Source: an uncultured bacterium
GTDB taxonomy: Bacteria > Bacillota > Clostridia > Oscillospirales > Acutalibacteraceae
Direction: 5' to 3'
NCBI GenBank assembly: GCA_905215855.1
Contig: CAJMRT010000003.1
Coordinates: forward strand, 12,597-76,596
DNA length: 64,000 nucleotides
Shown here: piece by piece, positions 1 through 9,227 of the stretch
How positions within the stretch are numbered: position 1 is the stretch's first letter
How the letters are laid out: each line of letters begins with the position of its first letter
Notes under the pieces: model-generated
Told to the model about the DNA's origin: nothing
What the model saw: the letters and a program-made list of their open reading frames with translations, nothing else
The model's database searches: none
Program-made: the position numbers and the translations under genes

Positions 1-3
1 CTG

Positions 4-912
4 TTGAGTGCAGTGGTAATTATGCTCGGAATAAACAAGGGCATTGAGCGACTGAGCAAATTTTTGATGCCTGTTCTGCTTGTTCTGACAGTCGGAATTT
101 CAATCTACACACTCACGCTCCCGAACGCAATGGAGGGTGTTTCGTACTACCTCATTCCCGACTTCAGCAAACTGTCAATTTGGACATTTGCGGCAGCACT
201 CGGTCAGCTGTTCTTCTCAATGAGCATTGCAATGGGAATTATGGTAACCTACGGTTCATACACAAAAGATGAGGTAAACCTCACAAAGTCGGTTAACCAA
301 ATTGAGATTTTTGACACAGCCGTTGCGCTTCTTGCAGGTCTTATGGTAGTTCCTGCGGTTTATGTATTCAGCGGTGAAGAAGGTCTTGGTGCAAGCGGTC
401 CCGGACTTATGTTCATCACACTTCCAAAGGTATTCAACGAAATGCCTGCCGGCGGAATCATCGGATTTTTGTTCTTTGTTCTTGTATTCTTTGCAGCTAT
501 CACAAGCTCAATCTCCGTAATGGAAGCAATTGTTTCTTCGCTTATGGACAAGTTCAAGCTTACACGAATCAAGTCCTGTCTTATAGTTATCGGCATCTGC
601 CTTATTATGGGTATTCCGTCATCACTCGGCAACGGTGTATGGTCAAATGTTAAGATTCTCGGAATGGACTTCCTTACATTCTTTGACTTCCTGAGCAACA
701 GCATTATTATGCCGATTGTCGCACTTTGCACTTGTATTCTCATCGGCTGGGTTATCAAGCCAAAGACTATTGCAGACGAAATCACAAGGAACGGCGAGCG
801 TTTCAGCAGAAGGGCTTTGTTTGATGTTATGATTAAATATATAGCTCCAATCTGCCTTGTGTTCATCTTAATTTCCTACACACTTGCGCAGTTCGGCATT
901 ATTTCACTTTAA
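4..912 (+). CDS. Sodium-dependent transporter of the NSS/SNF family, 3' portion. The reading frame is open to the window start, so the N-terminus is missing.
   Basis: Multi-TM protein with typical NSS C-terminal half motifs (GLGASGPGLMFITLP, FFVLVFFAAITSSIS). The frame is open from base 1. Confidence 0.7.
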   Translation: MSAVVIMLGINKGIERLSKFLMPVLLVLTVGISIYTLTLPNAMEGVSYYLIPDFSKLSIWTFAAALGQLFFSMSIAMGIMVTYGSYTKDEVNLTKSVNQIEIFDTAVALLAGLMVVPAVYVFSGEEGLGASGPGLMFITLPKVFNEMPAGGIIGFLFFVLVFFAAITSSISVMEAIVSSLMDKFKLTRIKSCLIVIGICLIMGIPSSLGNGVWSNVKILGMDFLTFFDFLSNSIIMPIVALCTCILIGWVIKPKTIADEITRNGERFSRRALFDVMIKYIAPICLVFILISYTLAQFGIISL

Positions 913-1107
913 CCCGACACTCTAACACGATTATTTATGAATTCAGACAGTAATATCACCGAAATGAATCCTAAATAATTGTCTTTAAATGAAACATACA
1001 ACAATTAACTATTCTCCGTTTATACCATGAACTCTTGAAATTATATGCAATAATTGGTATAATTACAGTTACAGCTCATTTGCTGAATTTTAGGGAGGAC
1101 AAATACT

Positions 1108-3054
1108 ATGTGTCAGAAAAAACCATTTTACATTACAACGCCTATTTATTATCCGTCAGGCAATCCCCACATCGGTCATTGCTACACCACCGTTGCGTGC
1201 GATTCCATCGCCCGTTACAGACGAATGCAGGGATATGATGTTATGTTCCTTACGGGTACGGATGAACACGGTCTTAAAATTGAACAGAAGGCTGCCGAAA
1301 AGGGTGTTACTCCCAAAGAGTATGTTGACGAAATTGTAAAAACCTTTAAAGGTTTATGGAAATTTATGGACATAAGCTATGACAGATATATCCGCACAAC
1401 AGACGATTACCACATTGAAACGGTTCAGAAAATTTTTAAGGAGCTGTATGACAAGGGCTACATCTACAAGGGCGAATACAAGGGCAAATACTGCACCCCC
1501 TGTGAAAGCTTCTGGACAGAAAGCCAGCTTATTGACGGCAAATGTCCCGAATGCGGACGAGAGGTTACAGAGGCAAAGGAGGAGGCATATTTCTTTAAGA
1601 TGTCACCTTTTGCCGACAGAATTGAAAAGCTCCTCACGGAAACAGACTATTTACAGCCAAAGACAAGAGCGGTTGAGCTTGTAAACAACTTTATCAAGCC
1701 GGGACTTGAAGACCTTTGCGTATCGAGAACAACCTTCAAATGGGGCATTCCAGTTACATTTGACGAAAAGCATATTGTTTATGTTTGGATTGACGCACTT
1801 TCAAACTATATCTCCGCTCTCGGCTACAAGAATGAAAAATTTGACGAATTTGACAAATACTGGCCTGCCGATGTTCATATGGTAGCAAAGGACATCATGC
1901 GTTTTCACGCTATCATCTGGCCTGCAATGCTTATGGCTCTTGACCTTCCGCTTCCAAAGCATCTTGCCGTTCACGGCTGGATTACTTTCAACGGACAGAA
2001 GATGTCAAAGTCACTCGGCAATGTTGTTGATCCGTTTGTACTCGGCGAGCGTTACGGTGCTGACGCAATCCGTTATCACATTATGCGTGAAATGGCTCTC
2101 GGTGCAGACAGCTCATTCTCAAACGAAATTATGATTAACCGTATCAATTCCGACCTTGCAAACGGTCTTGGCAACCTTGTTTCAAGAACAGTTGCAATGG
2201 TTCAGAAATATTTCGGCGGCACACTTCCCACAGAGCGTGAGAACGGCGAATTTGACGATGAGCTTATCGAAATCGCAACATCGCTCCGTGCAAAGGTTGA
2301 CGATTTCATGGACAAAACTCAGCTCCAGAACGCACTTGCCGAAATCTTCAAGCTTGTTTCCCGTGCAAACAAGTACATTGACGAAACTGCTCCGTGGGTT
2401 ATTGCCAAGGACGAAACAAAGAAAGCAAGACTTGCAACCGTTCTCTACAATCTTCTTGAGGCAATCCGTATTGCCTGCACCCTCCTTTCGGCATTTATGC
2501 CAACAACAATGCCAAAGGCTCTTGAGCAGATTGGTGCGTGTGAAAAGTGTGCAAGCTACGAAAACTGCGACAAGTTCGGCGTTCTTCCTGCTGATGTCAC
2601 AGTTCACAAGGGAGATGCACTCTTCCCACGAATTGATGTTGAAAAGGAAATTGAAGAACTCAACAGCATCATCAAGAACAACGAGGGCGAAAGCGAGGAA
2701 ACAAAGGCGCTCCGTGAAGAGCTTGAAGGTGTTGCACAGATTGGCATTGATGATTTTGCAAAGGTTGACCTCCGTGTGTGTGAGGTTAAGACCTGCGAAC
2801 CCGTTAAAAAGAGCAAAAAGCTTTTACAGTTCACAATTTTTGACGGTGTAAAGGACAGAACCGTTGTCAGTGGTATTGCAAACTACTACAAGCCCGAGGA
2901 GCTTATCGGCAAGAAGATTATTCTTGTTCAGAACCTCAAGCCTGCAAAGCTTTGCGGTGTTGAAAGCTGCGGTATGATTCTTTCTGCAGTTCACGGCGAT
3001 GATTTAAAGGTTGTTTTTGTTGACAATATGCCTGTCGGCTCAAAAATCTGTTAA
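1108..3054 (+). CDS. metG: Methionyl-tRNA synthetase with a C-terminal tRNA-binding (EMAP/Trbp111-like) domain
   Basis: Class I aaRS HIGH motif (NPHIGH) and KMSKS motif. Zn-knuckle CPECG. C-terminal OB-fold tail (...LVQNLKPAKLCGVESCGMILSA). Length 648 aa. Confidence 0.95.
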   Translation: MCQKKPFYITTPIYYPSGNPHIGHCYTTVACDSIARYRRMQGYDVMFLTGTDEHGLKIEQKAAEKGVTPKEYVDEIVKTFKGLWKFMDISYDRYIRTTDDYHIETVQKIFKELYDKGYIYKGEYKGKYCTPCESFWTESQLIDGKCPECGREVTEAKEEAYFFKMSPFADRIEKLLTETDYLQPKTRAVELVNNFIKPGLEDLCVSRTTFKWGIPVTFDEKHIVYVWIDALSNYISALGYKNEKFDEFDKYWPADVHMVAKDIMRFHAIIWPAMLMALDLPLPKHLAVHGWITFNGQKMSKSLGNVVDPFVLGERYGADAIRYHIMREMALGADSSFSNEIMINRINSDLANGLGNLVSRTVAMVQKYFGGTLPTERENGEFDDELIEIATSLRAKVDDFMDKTQLQNALAEIFKLVSRANKYIDETAPWVIAKDETKKARLATVLYNLLEAIRIACTLLSAFMPTTMPKALEQIGACEKCASYENCDKFGVLPADVTVHKGDALFPRIDVEKEIEELNSIIKNNEGESEETKALREELEGVAQIGIDDFAKVDLRVCEVKTCEPVKKSKKLLQFTIFDGVKDRTVVSGIANYYKPEELIGKKIILVQNLKPAKLCGVESCGMILSAVHGDDLKVVFVDNMPVGSKIC

Positions 3055-3138
3055 TTTATGTTCGTGCAGACAGTTTGATAAATTAAAAACTATCTATGCC
3101 CGAGCGTAACACGACAATTATCCGTACAATATTTCAAT

Positions 3139-3186
3139 GTGGGACTGTTGCAAATTTTACTCATTTGCAACAGCCCCACTTTTCTT
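3139..3186 (+). terminator. Rho-independent terminator of metG
   Basis: 16-bp stem (gtgggactgttgcaaa / tttgcaacagccccac, 1 mismatch), 9-nt loop, then TTTTCTT. It overlaps the nominal ATG of track ORF 3137. Confidence 0.75.
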
Positions 3187-3214
3187 GACAAAGCCTCATA
3201 CCTATTATTATAAT
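3185..3214 (+). promoter_or_regulatory. Sigma-A type promoter (TTGACA-18-TATAAT) driving the accessory insertion
   Basis: Perfect -35 TTGACA at 3185-3190 and perfect -10 TATAAT at 3209-3214 with an 18-nt spacer. It sits immediately after the metG terminator and upstream of RBS AGGAGAG and ATG 3251. Confidence 0.55.
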
Positions 3215-3250
3215 GATGATGACCATGAACTCCCATTCCCAGGAGAGAAA

Positions 3251-3727
3251 ATGTCCCCGGATGGTGGTAATAACCGGTATGTTTACACAATTTACGGTGT
3301 GAACAATCCGAGAGTTATTTTTAATAACAACACTACTGATCCTGCAACCAGACAACAACATCCCGGTATTAATCAACCTGGAATTGAAATAACAGAAGAT
3401 GAAATGTGGGTAGTAAATGAAACTGCATATAGCAAAAAACCACAGGGAATTACTGTTCATTTTTATCGTCCTTCTGATTGGGAATATTGGGACACAAGAA
3501 TTTACTTCTATGAAGATAATAATATTCTGATGGAATGGCCTGGTACGCTGATGAATAGTCAAATGTACGATAATTGGTTAGCCTATACGATATATGGTAT
3601 AGACAATCCTAAAGTAATATTTAATGATTCTCAAAATAAGCAGATACCAGGAGTATTACAAGAAGGTCACTTAGTAACACGGGATGTGTGGTATAAAGAT
3701 GGTATATGGTCAACATATAAACCGTAA
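3251..3727 (+). CDS. Hypothetical protein with a CBM25/CBM26-like starch-binding module flanked by a repeated YTIYG(V/I)(N/D)NP(R/K)VIFN motif. No signal peptide, so it is likely a fragment of a multi-module amylase.
   Basis: The start is re-placed at Met39 of the track ORF (RBS aggagag). Internal repeat NRYVYTIYGVNNPRVIFNN / NWLAYTIYGIDNPKVIFND. The core ITVHFYRPSDWEYWDTRIYFY...EWPGTLM resembles starch-binding beta-sandwich modules. This family assignment is from memory. Confidence 0.35.
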   Translation: MSPDGGNNRYVYTIYGVNNPRVIFNNNTTDPATRQQHPGINQPGIEITEDEMWVVNETAYSKKPQGITVHFYRPSDWEYWDTRIYFYEDNNILMEWPGTLMNSQMYDNWLAYTIYGIDNPKVIFNDSQNKQIPGVLQEGHLVTRDVWYKDGIWSTYKP

Positions 3728-3811
3728 TATACTTTGATAAGCAATCGGATGACAAAGTCTTTTGCTATGTCATCCGATTACAATATACTATAACAAAAAG
3801 AGTGATAGTGT

Positions 3812-4699
3812 ATGAATAAAAAAACTAAAATTATATTGATAATTGTATTAATTGTAGCATTTATAGCATTAATAATACTTTTGCTTCATCCTTGGAAGAG
3901 TAACAAATCAGATGGTACGGAGTATTATATGTCAAAAAAATATAACTATTGGTTTGAGGTGGATAATGGTCAAGCAACTTTGATTAAATATACGGGTGAA
4001 GAGTATCATGTTAAGCTTCCGTCAAGTGTTTATGGAGTTCCAGTTACAAAGTTAGGTGAGTATGAGGTGCTTAATCTTTCAGGAGCAGCTAAAAGGGGAA
4101 TATTCGAAGACAGTAATGTGTCAGAAGTGAGTATCCCTGAAGGTGTAACGGAAATATGTAATGATGCATTTTATTCTTCAGGTCTCTGTGAAGTGAATAT
4201 ACCTTCCAGCGTTAGAGTAGTCGGGACAAGGGCGTTTGCTTTTTGTAAGTATTTAAGGTCTGTGGAATTTGAAACAGGAATAAAAACAATAAGTGAATCA
4301 ATGTTTAGTAATTGTAAAAACCTGCGTTTTATCGAATTGCCAAGTAGTGTAGAAAAGATAGAAGGTGATGCCTTTGCAGAATGTGCGTTACAAAAAATAG
4401 ATTTACCTGAAAACATAAATACAATTGAATCTTATGCATTTAGGGAGTGTGATTCTCTAACATTTGTTACTATACCACCAAAAGTAACATCTATTAATAG
4501 TGGGACGTTTTATAGCTGCGACTTTTTAGAAAAAGTAAATATTCATGATGAAGTTAAATATATAGCTAATGATGCCTTTGACAGATGTGATAAACTTACA
4601 ATCTGCGGAATAAAGGGCTCATATGCCGAGCAATATGCAAACGAACACAATATACCTTTTGAAGAATTAGATGCAACTATTGAGTTTCTAAACAAGTGA
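3812..4699 (+). CDS. BspA-type leucine-rich-repeat (LRR_5-like) surface protein with an N-terminal TM/signal anchor
   Basis: N-terminal hydrophobic segment. Repeated units of the form xxCxxLxxIxIPxxVxxIxxxAFxxC. C-terminal tail CDKLTICGIKGSYAEQYANEHNIPFEEL. Confidence 0.6.
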   Translation: MNKKTKIILIIVLIVAFIALIILLLHPWKSNKSDGTEYYMSKKYNYWFEVDNGQATLIKYTGEEYHVKLPSSVYGVPVTKLGEYEVLNLSGAAKRGIFEDSNVSEVSIPEGVTEICNDAFYSSGLCEVNIPSSVRVVGTRAFAFCKYLRSVEFETGIKTISESMFSNCKNLRFIELPSSVEKIEGDAFAECALQKIDLPENINTIESYAFRECDSLTFVTIPPKVTSINSGTFYSCDFLEKVNIHDEVKYIANDAFDRCDKLTICGIKGSYAEQYANEHNIPFEELDATIEFLNK

Positions 4700-5157
4700 G
4701 TAACTGTTTGTTGATATTATTTTGCATTATAGGGTTACCATGTATATACTATGGTGATGAAATAGAGTTAGATGGGAGAGTTGATGAAAAAGAAGGATGC
4801 AGATACCCTATGGATTGGGAACATAACTATGAAGATAATTCTATATACAATTTGTATAAAAAGCTATGTGTTATTAGAAAAGAAGAGGAATTAATTGATG
4901 GTGGGTTTAAAATTGTTCATATGTCAGATGAGATATTCTCATTTGCTAGATTTTCGGATAAAAGAGTTTATTTTGTAATTTGTACACAGAATAATACTTC
5001 AACTTCAGTTAATATAAATGTAGGTGTTTTTGGAATTTGTGAAATAAACAAAATAAATAACTTATTGAATAATGAGATTCATTATGAGTTTAACAAAAGC
5101 ATATTGTCAATCCAGGTTGTACCGAATGAATCATATCTCTTTTTTATAGACATATAG
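4696..5157 (+). pseudogene. C-terminal remnant of a GH13 alpha-amylase/neopullulanase-type enzyme (conserved region VII plus C-domain only)
   Basis: GLPCIYYGDEIELDG matches the conserved GH13 'G-P-x-IYYGDE(I/L)G' region. It is only 153 aa, has no catalytic N-terminal regions, and abuts the LRR gene stop. Confidence 0.5.
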
Positions 5158-5175
5158 AGAATTTTATAAAGTTAG

Positions 5176-6099
5176 GTGATTGTAATGAAAAAATTCTTAT
5201 GTATAAATATTAGCGTTATTTTGTTGTTTTTGTTTGCCTTGAGTGGTTGTAGTGAAAACATAGAGATTGCTGAGGATAATATATATAACTTCATAAACTA
5301 TCAAAATGAAGAAGTATACGACATAGAGCAAATAGAGTTAAGTAATAGTTTGAGTAAAAGTTGTATCTCGTATAAATTTACATATATTTCTGATGGTTAT
5401 CAAGTAAAAGCTTATATATCTATTCCTCTGAGTCTTGTTGAAAATCAATCGCTAGGAAAGTGTATATTATATAACAGAGGAGGAAATAGCAAAATCGGTT
5501 TGCTTGGTGATGAAGATACCGCAAAACTTTGTGTATTGACAAATAGGATTATTGTTGCATCGCAATATAGAGGAGCAGATGGCGGAAGTGGTAAAGATGA
5601 GTTTGGTGGTAAAGATCTTAATGATGTTATAAAACTAATTGATTTGTGTGAAACACATTTTGACTTTATTAGCATGAAAGATTTTTGTGTTGCGGGTGTT
5701 TCTCGTGGTGGTATGATGACTTATATGACTGCCAAGCAGGATAATAGAGTTAAAGGAATTATAGCCATATCTGCTGTTAGTGATTTGTTTCAATCTTACG
5801 AAGCTCGTGAAGATATGCAAAAATTACTTTACAACTATATTGGGACAACTCCTGAGCAAAACCCAGAAGAATATGAAAAAAGATCAGCTATTTATTGGAC
5901 AGAAGAAATTACTGTACCTGTTTTGATTATTCATAGCAAATATGATGAACAAGTTTCTTTTTCACAAGCAGAAGATTTGTATAAAAAATTAAAACAAAAT
6001 AATAAACATATATATTTTAGTGTGCGTGATGATAATATACATGGCTTAAGTGATGGTGATCTCGAAGTAATACTAGATTGGCTTGATACAAATATTTAA
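5176..6099 (+). CDS. Lipoprotein, alpha/beta-hydrolase fold (S9 peptidase / dienelactone-hydrolase-like)
   Basis: Lipobox LSGC. Nucleophile elbow GVSRGG (GxSxG). ~300 aa with an acid/His region near the C-terminus (DDNIHG). Confidence 0.55.
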   Translation: MIVMKKFLCINISVILLFLFALSGCSENIEIAEDNIYNFINYQNEEVYDIEQIELSNSLSKSCISYKFTYISDGYQVKAYISIPLSLVENQSLGKCILYNRGGNSKIGLLGDEDTAKLCVLTNRIIVASQYRGADGGSGKDEFGGKDLNDVIKLIDLCETHFDFISMKDFCVAGVSRGGMMTYMTAKQDNRVKGIIAISAVSDLFQSYEAREDMQKLLYNYIGTTPEQNPEEYEKRSAIYWTEEITVPVLIIHSKYDEQVSFSQAEDLYKKLKQNNKHIYFSVRDDNIHGLSDGDLEVILDWLDTNI

Positions 6100-6152
6100 G
6101 TATATAGGGCTAAAGTATATAGGGCTAAGTTAACGAAAAGGATGTTAAATAA

Positions 6153-6452
6153 GTGTTTTTTGATGTTGATAAAAATAAATATGTAATGCAAATTGACTCG
6201 ACAGATAGATTAATCAATAAGATACCTAAAATTGAGGCTCATCTAAAAGGAATTCGTCACAAAGCATTTTCTGTATTAATATTTAATAATGATGATAAAA
6301 TGTTGATTCAAAAGAGAGCAAAAGAGAAGTATCATTCTGGCGGATTATGGTCTAATGCGTGTTGTGGTCATCAAATTACTCAGGATTTATTATACGAAGC
6401 CCAAAAACGTTTGTTTGAAGAATTAGATACAACATATGAGCCTACAGACTAG
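6153..6452 (+). pseudogene. idi: Truncated isopentenyl-diphosphate delta-isomerase (type 1, Nudix-like) N-terminal fragment
   Basis: HKAFSVLIFNNDDKMLIQKRAKEKYHSGGLWSNACCGH matches the IDI-1 signature (hRAFSVFlFn...LLlQrRa.KithPGlWtNtcCsHP). It is only 99 aa against ~175 aa for the intact enzyme. Confidence 0.5.
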
Positions 6453-6542
6453 AAAGTAGTAGTTGTTAAAAATCAGCGGAACATAGATGATATTGCATAT
6501 TCCGCTGATATTATTTTATAATATTTATTTTACCAAGGTGAT

Positions 6543-7409
6543 ATGATGAAAAAAATAAAAAAATATAAACTACCTATCGGGATATTGTGCGTAGTGTTAG
6601 TGATATTTATATTGTTGCAAATCTTTTCAAGTGAACATTGGTGGTTTGGGTACACATATGAAACCGATGGATATACAAATAAATCGGCAACAATTGTAAA
6701 GATAAACTACCCGTCAGAGAAAGTTGTAATTCCTTCAACAATATTTTTCCATAAAGTAAATGCTTTAGGCGGATATATTACAGGATATAATTTGTGGGGT
6801 GCGGAAAGAAAAGGAATGTTTGAGGATAACGACATAGTAAAGGAGATTGTTGTTTCTGAAGGGATAGAGTATACATTTAACCGATGTTTTTACAATTGTA
6901 CTTCATTAGAAAGCATACAACTCCCAAGTACTATAAAACAATTCTCTTTTACGAATTGTGAAAGTCTGAAAAATGTTAATTTTAATGGTGATGTAAAAGA
7001 AATTGAAAGTTTATCATTTTCAGGCTGTTCTTCATTAGAAACGCTTGTAATTCCGGATAATATTGCTGATCGTGGAATAGCATACGGTGCTTTTTCCGGT
7101 TGCACATCACTAAAAAGTATAAATATTCCCGATAATATTACTGCAATACAACAATATACATTTAGTAATTGCATATCCTTAAAACAGTTAGTTTTGTCTA
7201 AAAATATTAAGAGCATTGAATGGGGTGCTTTTGAAAACTGCACCTTGCTGGAGAAAATTATCATTTACGATAAGGCAGAAGATATTGCGGATAATGCCTT
7301 TGAAGGTTGCGATAAGCTCACAATTTATGGAATAAAGGGTAGTTATGCAGAACAGTATGCAAACAAACATGACATATCATTTGAAGAATTGAATAACATA
7401 GTTGACTAA
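6543..7409 (+). CDS. BspA-type leucine-rich-repeat surface protein, paralog of 3812..4699
   Basis: N-terminal TM. LRR_5-like repeats (NCxSLxxIxIPxxI). Tail CDKLTIYGIKGSYAEQYANKHDISFEEL is near-identical to the paralog tail. Confidence 0.6.
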   Translation: MMKKIKKYKLPIGILCVVLVIFILLQIFSSEHWWFGYTYETDGYTNKSATIVKINYPSEKVVIPSTIFFHKVNALGGYITGYNLWGAERKGMFEDNDIVKEIVVSEGIEYTFNRCFYNCTSLESIQLPSTIKQFSFTNCESLKNVNFNGDVKEIESLSFSGCSSLETLVIPDNIADRGIAYGAFSGCTSLKSINIPDNITAIQQYTFSNCISLKQLVLSKNIKSIEWGAFENCTLLEKIIIYDKAEDIADNAFEGCDKLTIYGIKGSYAEQYANKHDISFEELNNIVD

Positions 7410-7510
7410 TTATATTTGCGGAGATTAAATAAAGTCAAATTTTAGAATTTAAATGCCGACAAGTTATAGCTTTTAATGCTATTGCCTGATACTTTTAGGG
7501 AGATATACCG

Positions 7511-8284
7511 ATGTCACTTTACAACAACATTTTCGATGCACACGCACATTATGACGACAAATGGTTTGACGATGACCGTTTTGAGCTTTTGGAAAACATT
7601 CACACAAAGGGTGTGTGCGGAATTGTCAACAATGCGGTTGACCTTGAAACGGCAAAAACCTGCATTGAATATGCCGAAAAATATGATTTTATGTATGCCG
7701 CAGTCGGATTTCATCCCGAAAACCTCGAAAATATTCCGAACAATTATCTTGAACAGCTTGCACAGCTTTCAAAACATAAAAAGGTTGTCGCAATCGGCGA
7801 AACAGGTCTTGATTATCATTGGGATATTCCGAAAGACTTGCAAAAGCGTGTTTTTGAGGAACAGATCAGGCTTTCTCTTGACCTTGAAATGCCGCTTATA
7901 GTTCACGACCGTGAGGCTCACGGTGATGTGTACGACCTTCTGAGAAAATACAAACCGAATGCGCTGGTTCATTGCTTTTCGGGCAGTGTTGAGCTTATGC
8001 GTGAAGCGGTTCGCATGGGAATGTACATCAGCCTCGGCGGTGTTGTTACATTCAAAAATGCCCGTCACAGCCTTGAAGTTGCTTCGGAAATTCCGCTTGA
8101 CAGACTTCTGCTCGAAACCGATGCCCCATATATGGCACCGGTGCCGTTCCGTGGCAAGCGTTGCGACAGCTCTATGATTGTCTATGCCGCAGAAAAAATC
8201 GCATCTCTGCGTAATATGAGCATTTCGGAACTCCTGCAAATCACCTGCGACAACGCAAAACGATTTTACAATATTGATGATTGA
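7511..8284 (+). CDS. tatD: TatD-family metal-dependent hydrolase/DNase
   Basis: N-terminal FDAHAHYDD, internal GETGLDYHWD, C-terminal LLETDAPYMAP: the canonical TatD/YabD motifs. This is the usual downstream neighbour of metG in Firmicutes. Confidence 0.9.
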   Translation: MSLYNNIFDAHAHYDDKWFDDDRFELLENIHTKGVCGIVNNAVDLETAKTCIEYAEKYDFMYAAVGFHPENLENIPNNYLEQLAQLSKHKKVVAIGETGLDYHWDIPKDLQKRVFEEQIRLSLDLEMPLIVHDREAHGDVYDLLRKYKPNALVHCFSGSVELMREAVRMGMYISLGGVVTFKNARHSLEVASEIPLDRLLLETDAPYMAPVPFRGKRCDSSMIVYAAEKIASLRNMSISELLQITCDNAKRFYNIDD

Positions 8285-8290
8285 TTCATA

Positions 8291-8340
8291 AAAAAAGACA
8301 CGGTCGGAATCCTTATTCGGAAATCCGACCGTGTTTTACA
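8291..8340. terminator. Bidirectional intrinsic terminator between convergent tatD and the 8396..9226 gene
   Basis: 11-bp stem acacggtcgga / tccgaccgtgt with an A-run 5' and a T-rich 3' side. Confidence 0.6.
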
Positions 8341-8395
8341 TTCACAAATTTTTAACTATTCACTTTTACCTACATTTGGCATATTGCCAAATGTA

Positions 8396-9226
8396 TCATT
8401 CTTCGCTTGCTTTTCTGCGCATATTTTTGTGCAGGAAGAAGAGTCCTATTGAAATGATGAGGAAAACCACAGAACAGATTGCAAGTGCGATAAGCACGCT
8501 GTTCATACTCTGAACAAAGAGGTTGTAGAAAGCTCTTGACTCAATATTGATTTTGCTCACATAGCCTGTTGAAAACAAAACAGCAGGGATAATTCCCACC
8601 GTGATAAATGTTCCGGATGTTGCGTAACAGATATATCTGACCGCCCTGTGCTTCCAACGGTTTGCAAAGATGATAATCACACAAAGGATTGCGGCAAAAA
8701 CTACCAGTCCGCCTATTAGAAGCGGCATCATATCTTTCAAGGCCGTGAGATACGGCGAAAGCATTGAAAACATCGGTATTCTGAGATTCGCCTCATAAAC
8801 AGACGCAGCTTTATTTATAAGATATTCCCTGCTGTTACTGCTTGCAACCTTAACATTATTTTTCTTTATGTAGCTGTCAAGCTCTGAATTAAAACGCTGA
8901 CGAAAGGCAACCGTGCTGATTTTTGCCGAGCCGCCGTTATAATAGCTTTCAAGGTAATCCTCTGTATCGTCATGAATTGTTACAGTTTCAACCACATTAC
9001 CAAAAAAGCTTTCTTTAAGACCCGACGCGTAACCGAGGTCAACAAGCTCTCTTGTTATTTCGTCCTTTTTGTCGGTAAAATAATTGGTTGTGTTCATATT
9101 GTCGAGAATATACGAGGGATTCAGAATCGTGGCTTCAAGCATCACCGAAATTGAAAGCAGAAGCAACACAAATGACAAAACAAACGAAAGCAAGCAGAAA
9201 ACAATACCTCTTATCTTAGAATGCAT
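8396..9226 (-). CDS. Hypothetical integral membrane protein (one N-terminal TM, three or four C-terminal TMs). Last gene of the sortase operon.
   Basis: Hydrophobicity pattern only. No recognisable catalytic motif. Confidence 0.4.
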   Translation of the reverse strand: MHSKIRGIVFCLLSFVLSFVLLLLSISVMLEATILNPSYILDNMNTTNYFTDKKDEITRELVDLGYASGLKESFFGNVVETVTIHDDTEDYLESYYNGGSAKISTVAFRQRFNSELDSYIKKNNVKVASSNSREYLINKAASVYEANLRIPMFSMLSPYLTALKDMMPLLIGGLVVFAAILCVIIIFANRWKHRAVRYICYATSGTFITVGIIPAVLFSTGYVSKINIESRAFYNLFVQSMNSVLIALAICSVVFLIISIGLFFLHKNMRRKASEE

Positions 9227-9227
9227 A

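Noticed and set aside
360-2851. Antisense or alternate-frame ORFs inside the transporter and metG (360..866-, 1035..1238+, 1379..1684+, 2156..2851+, 2182..2607-, 2604..2834-)
   Set aside because: These are shadow ORFs fully embedded in strongly supported genes. They have low complexity, no start signals and no recognisable motifs. The same reasoning applies to the similar embedded ORFs throughout the window.
3137-3250. Track ORF start at 3137 (MWDCCKFY...)
   Set aside because: That ATG sits inside the metG terminator stem and upstream of the TTGACA-18-TATAAT promoter. The internal Met at 3251, which has an AGGAGAG RBS, is the credible start.
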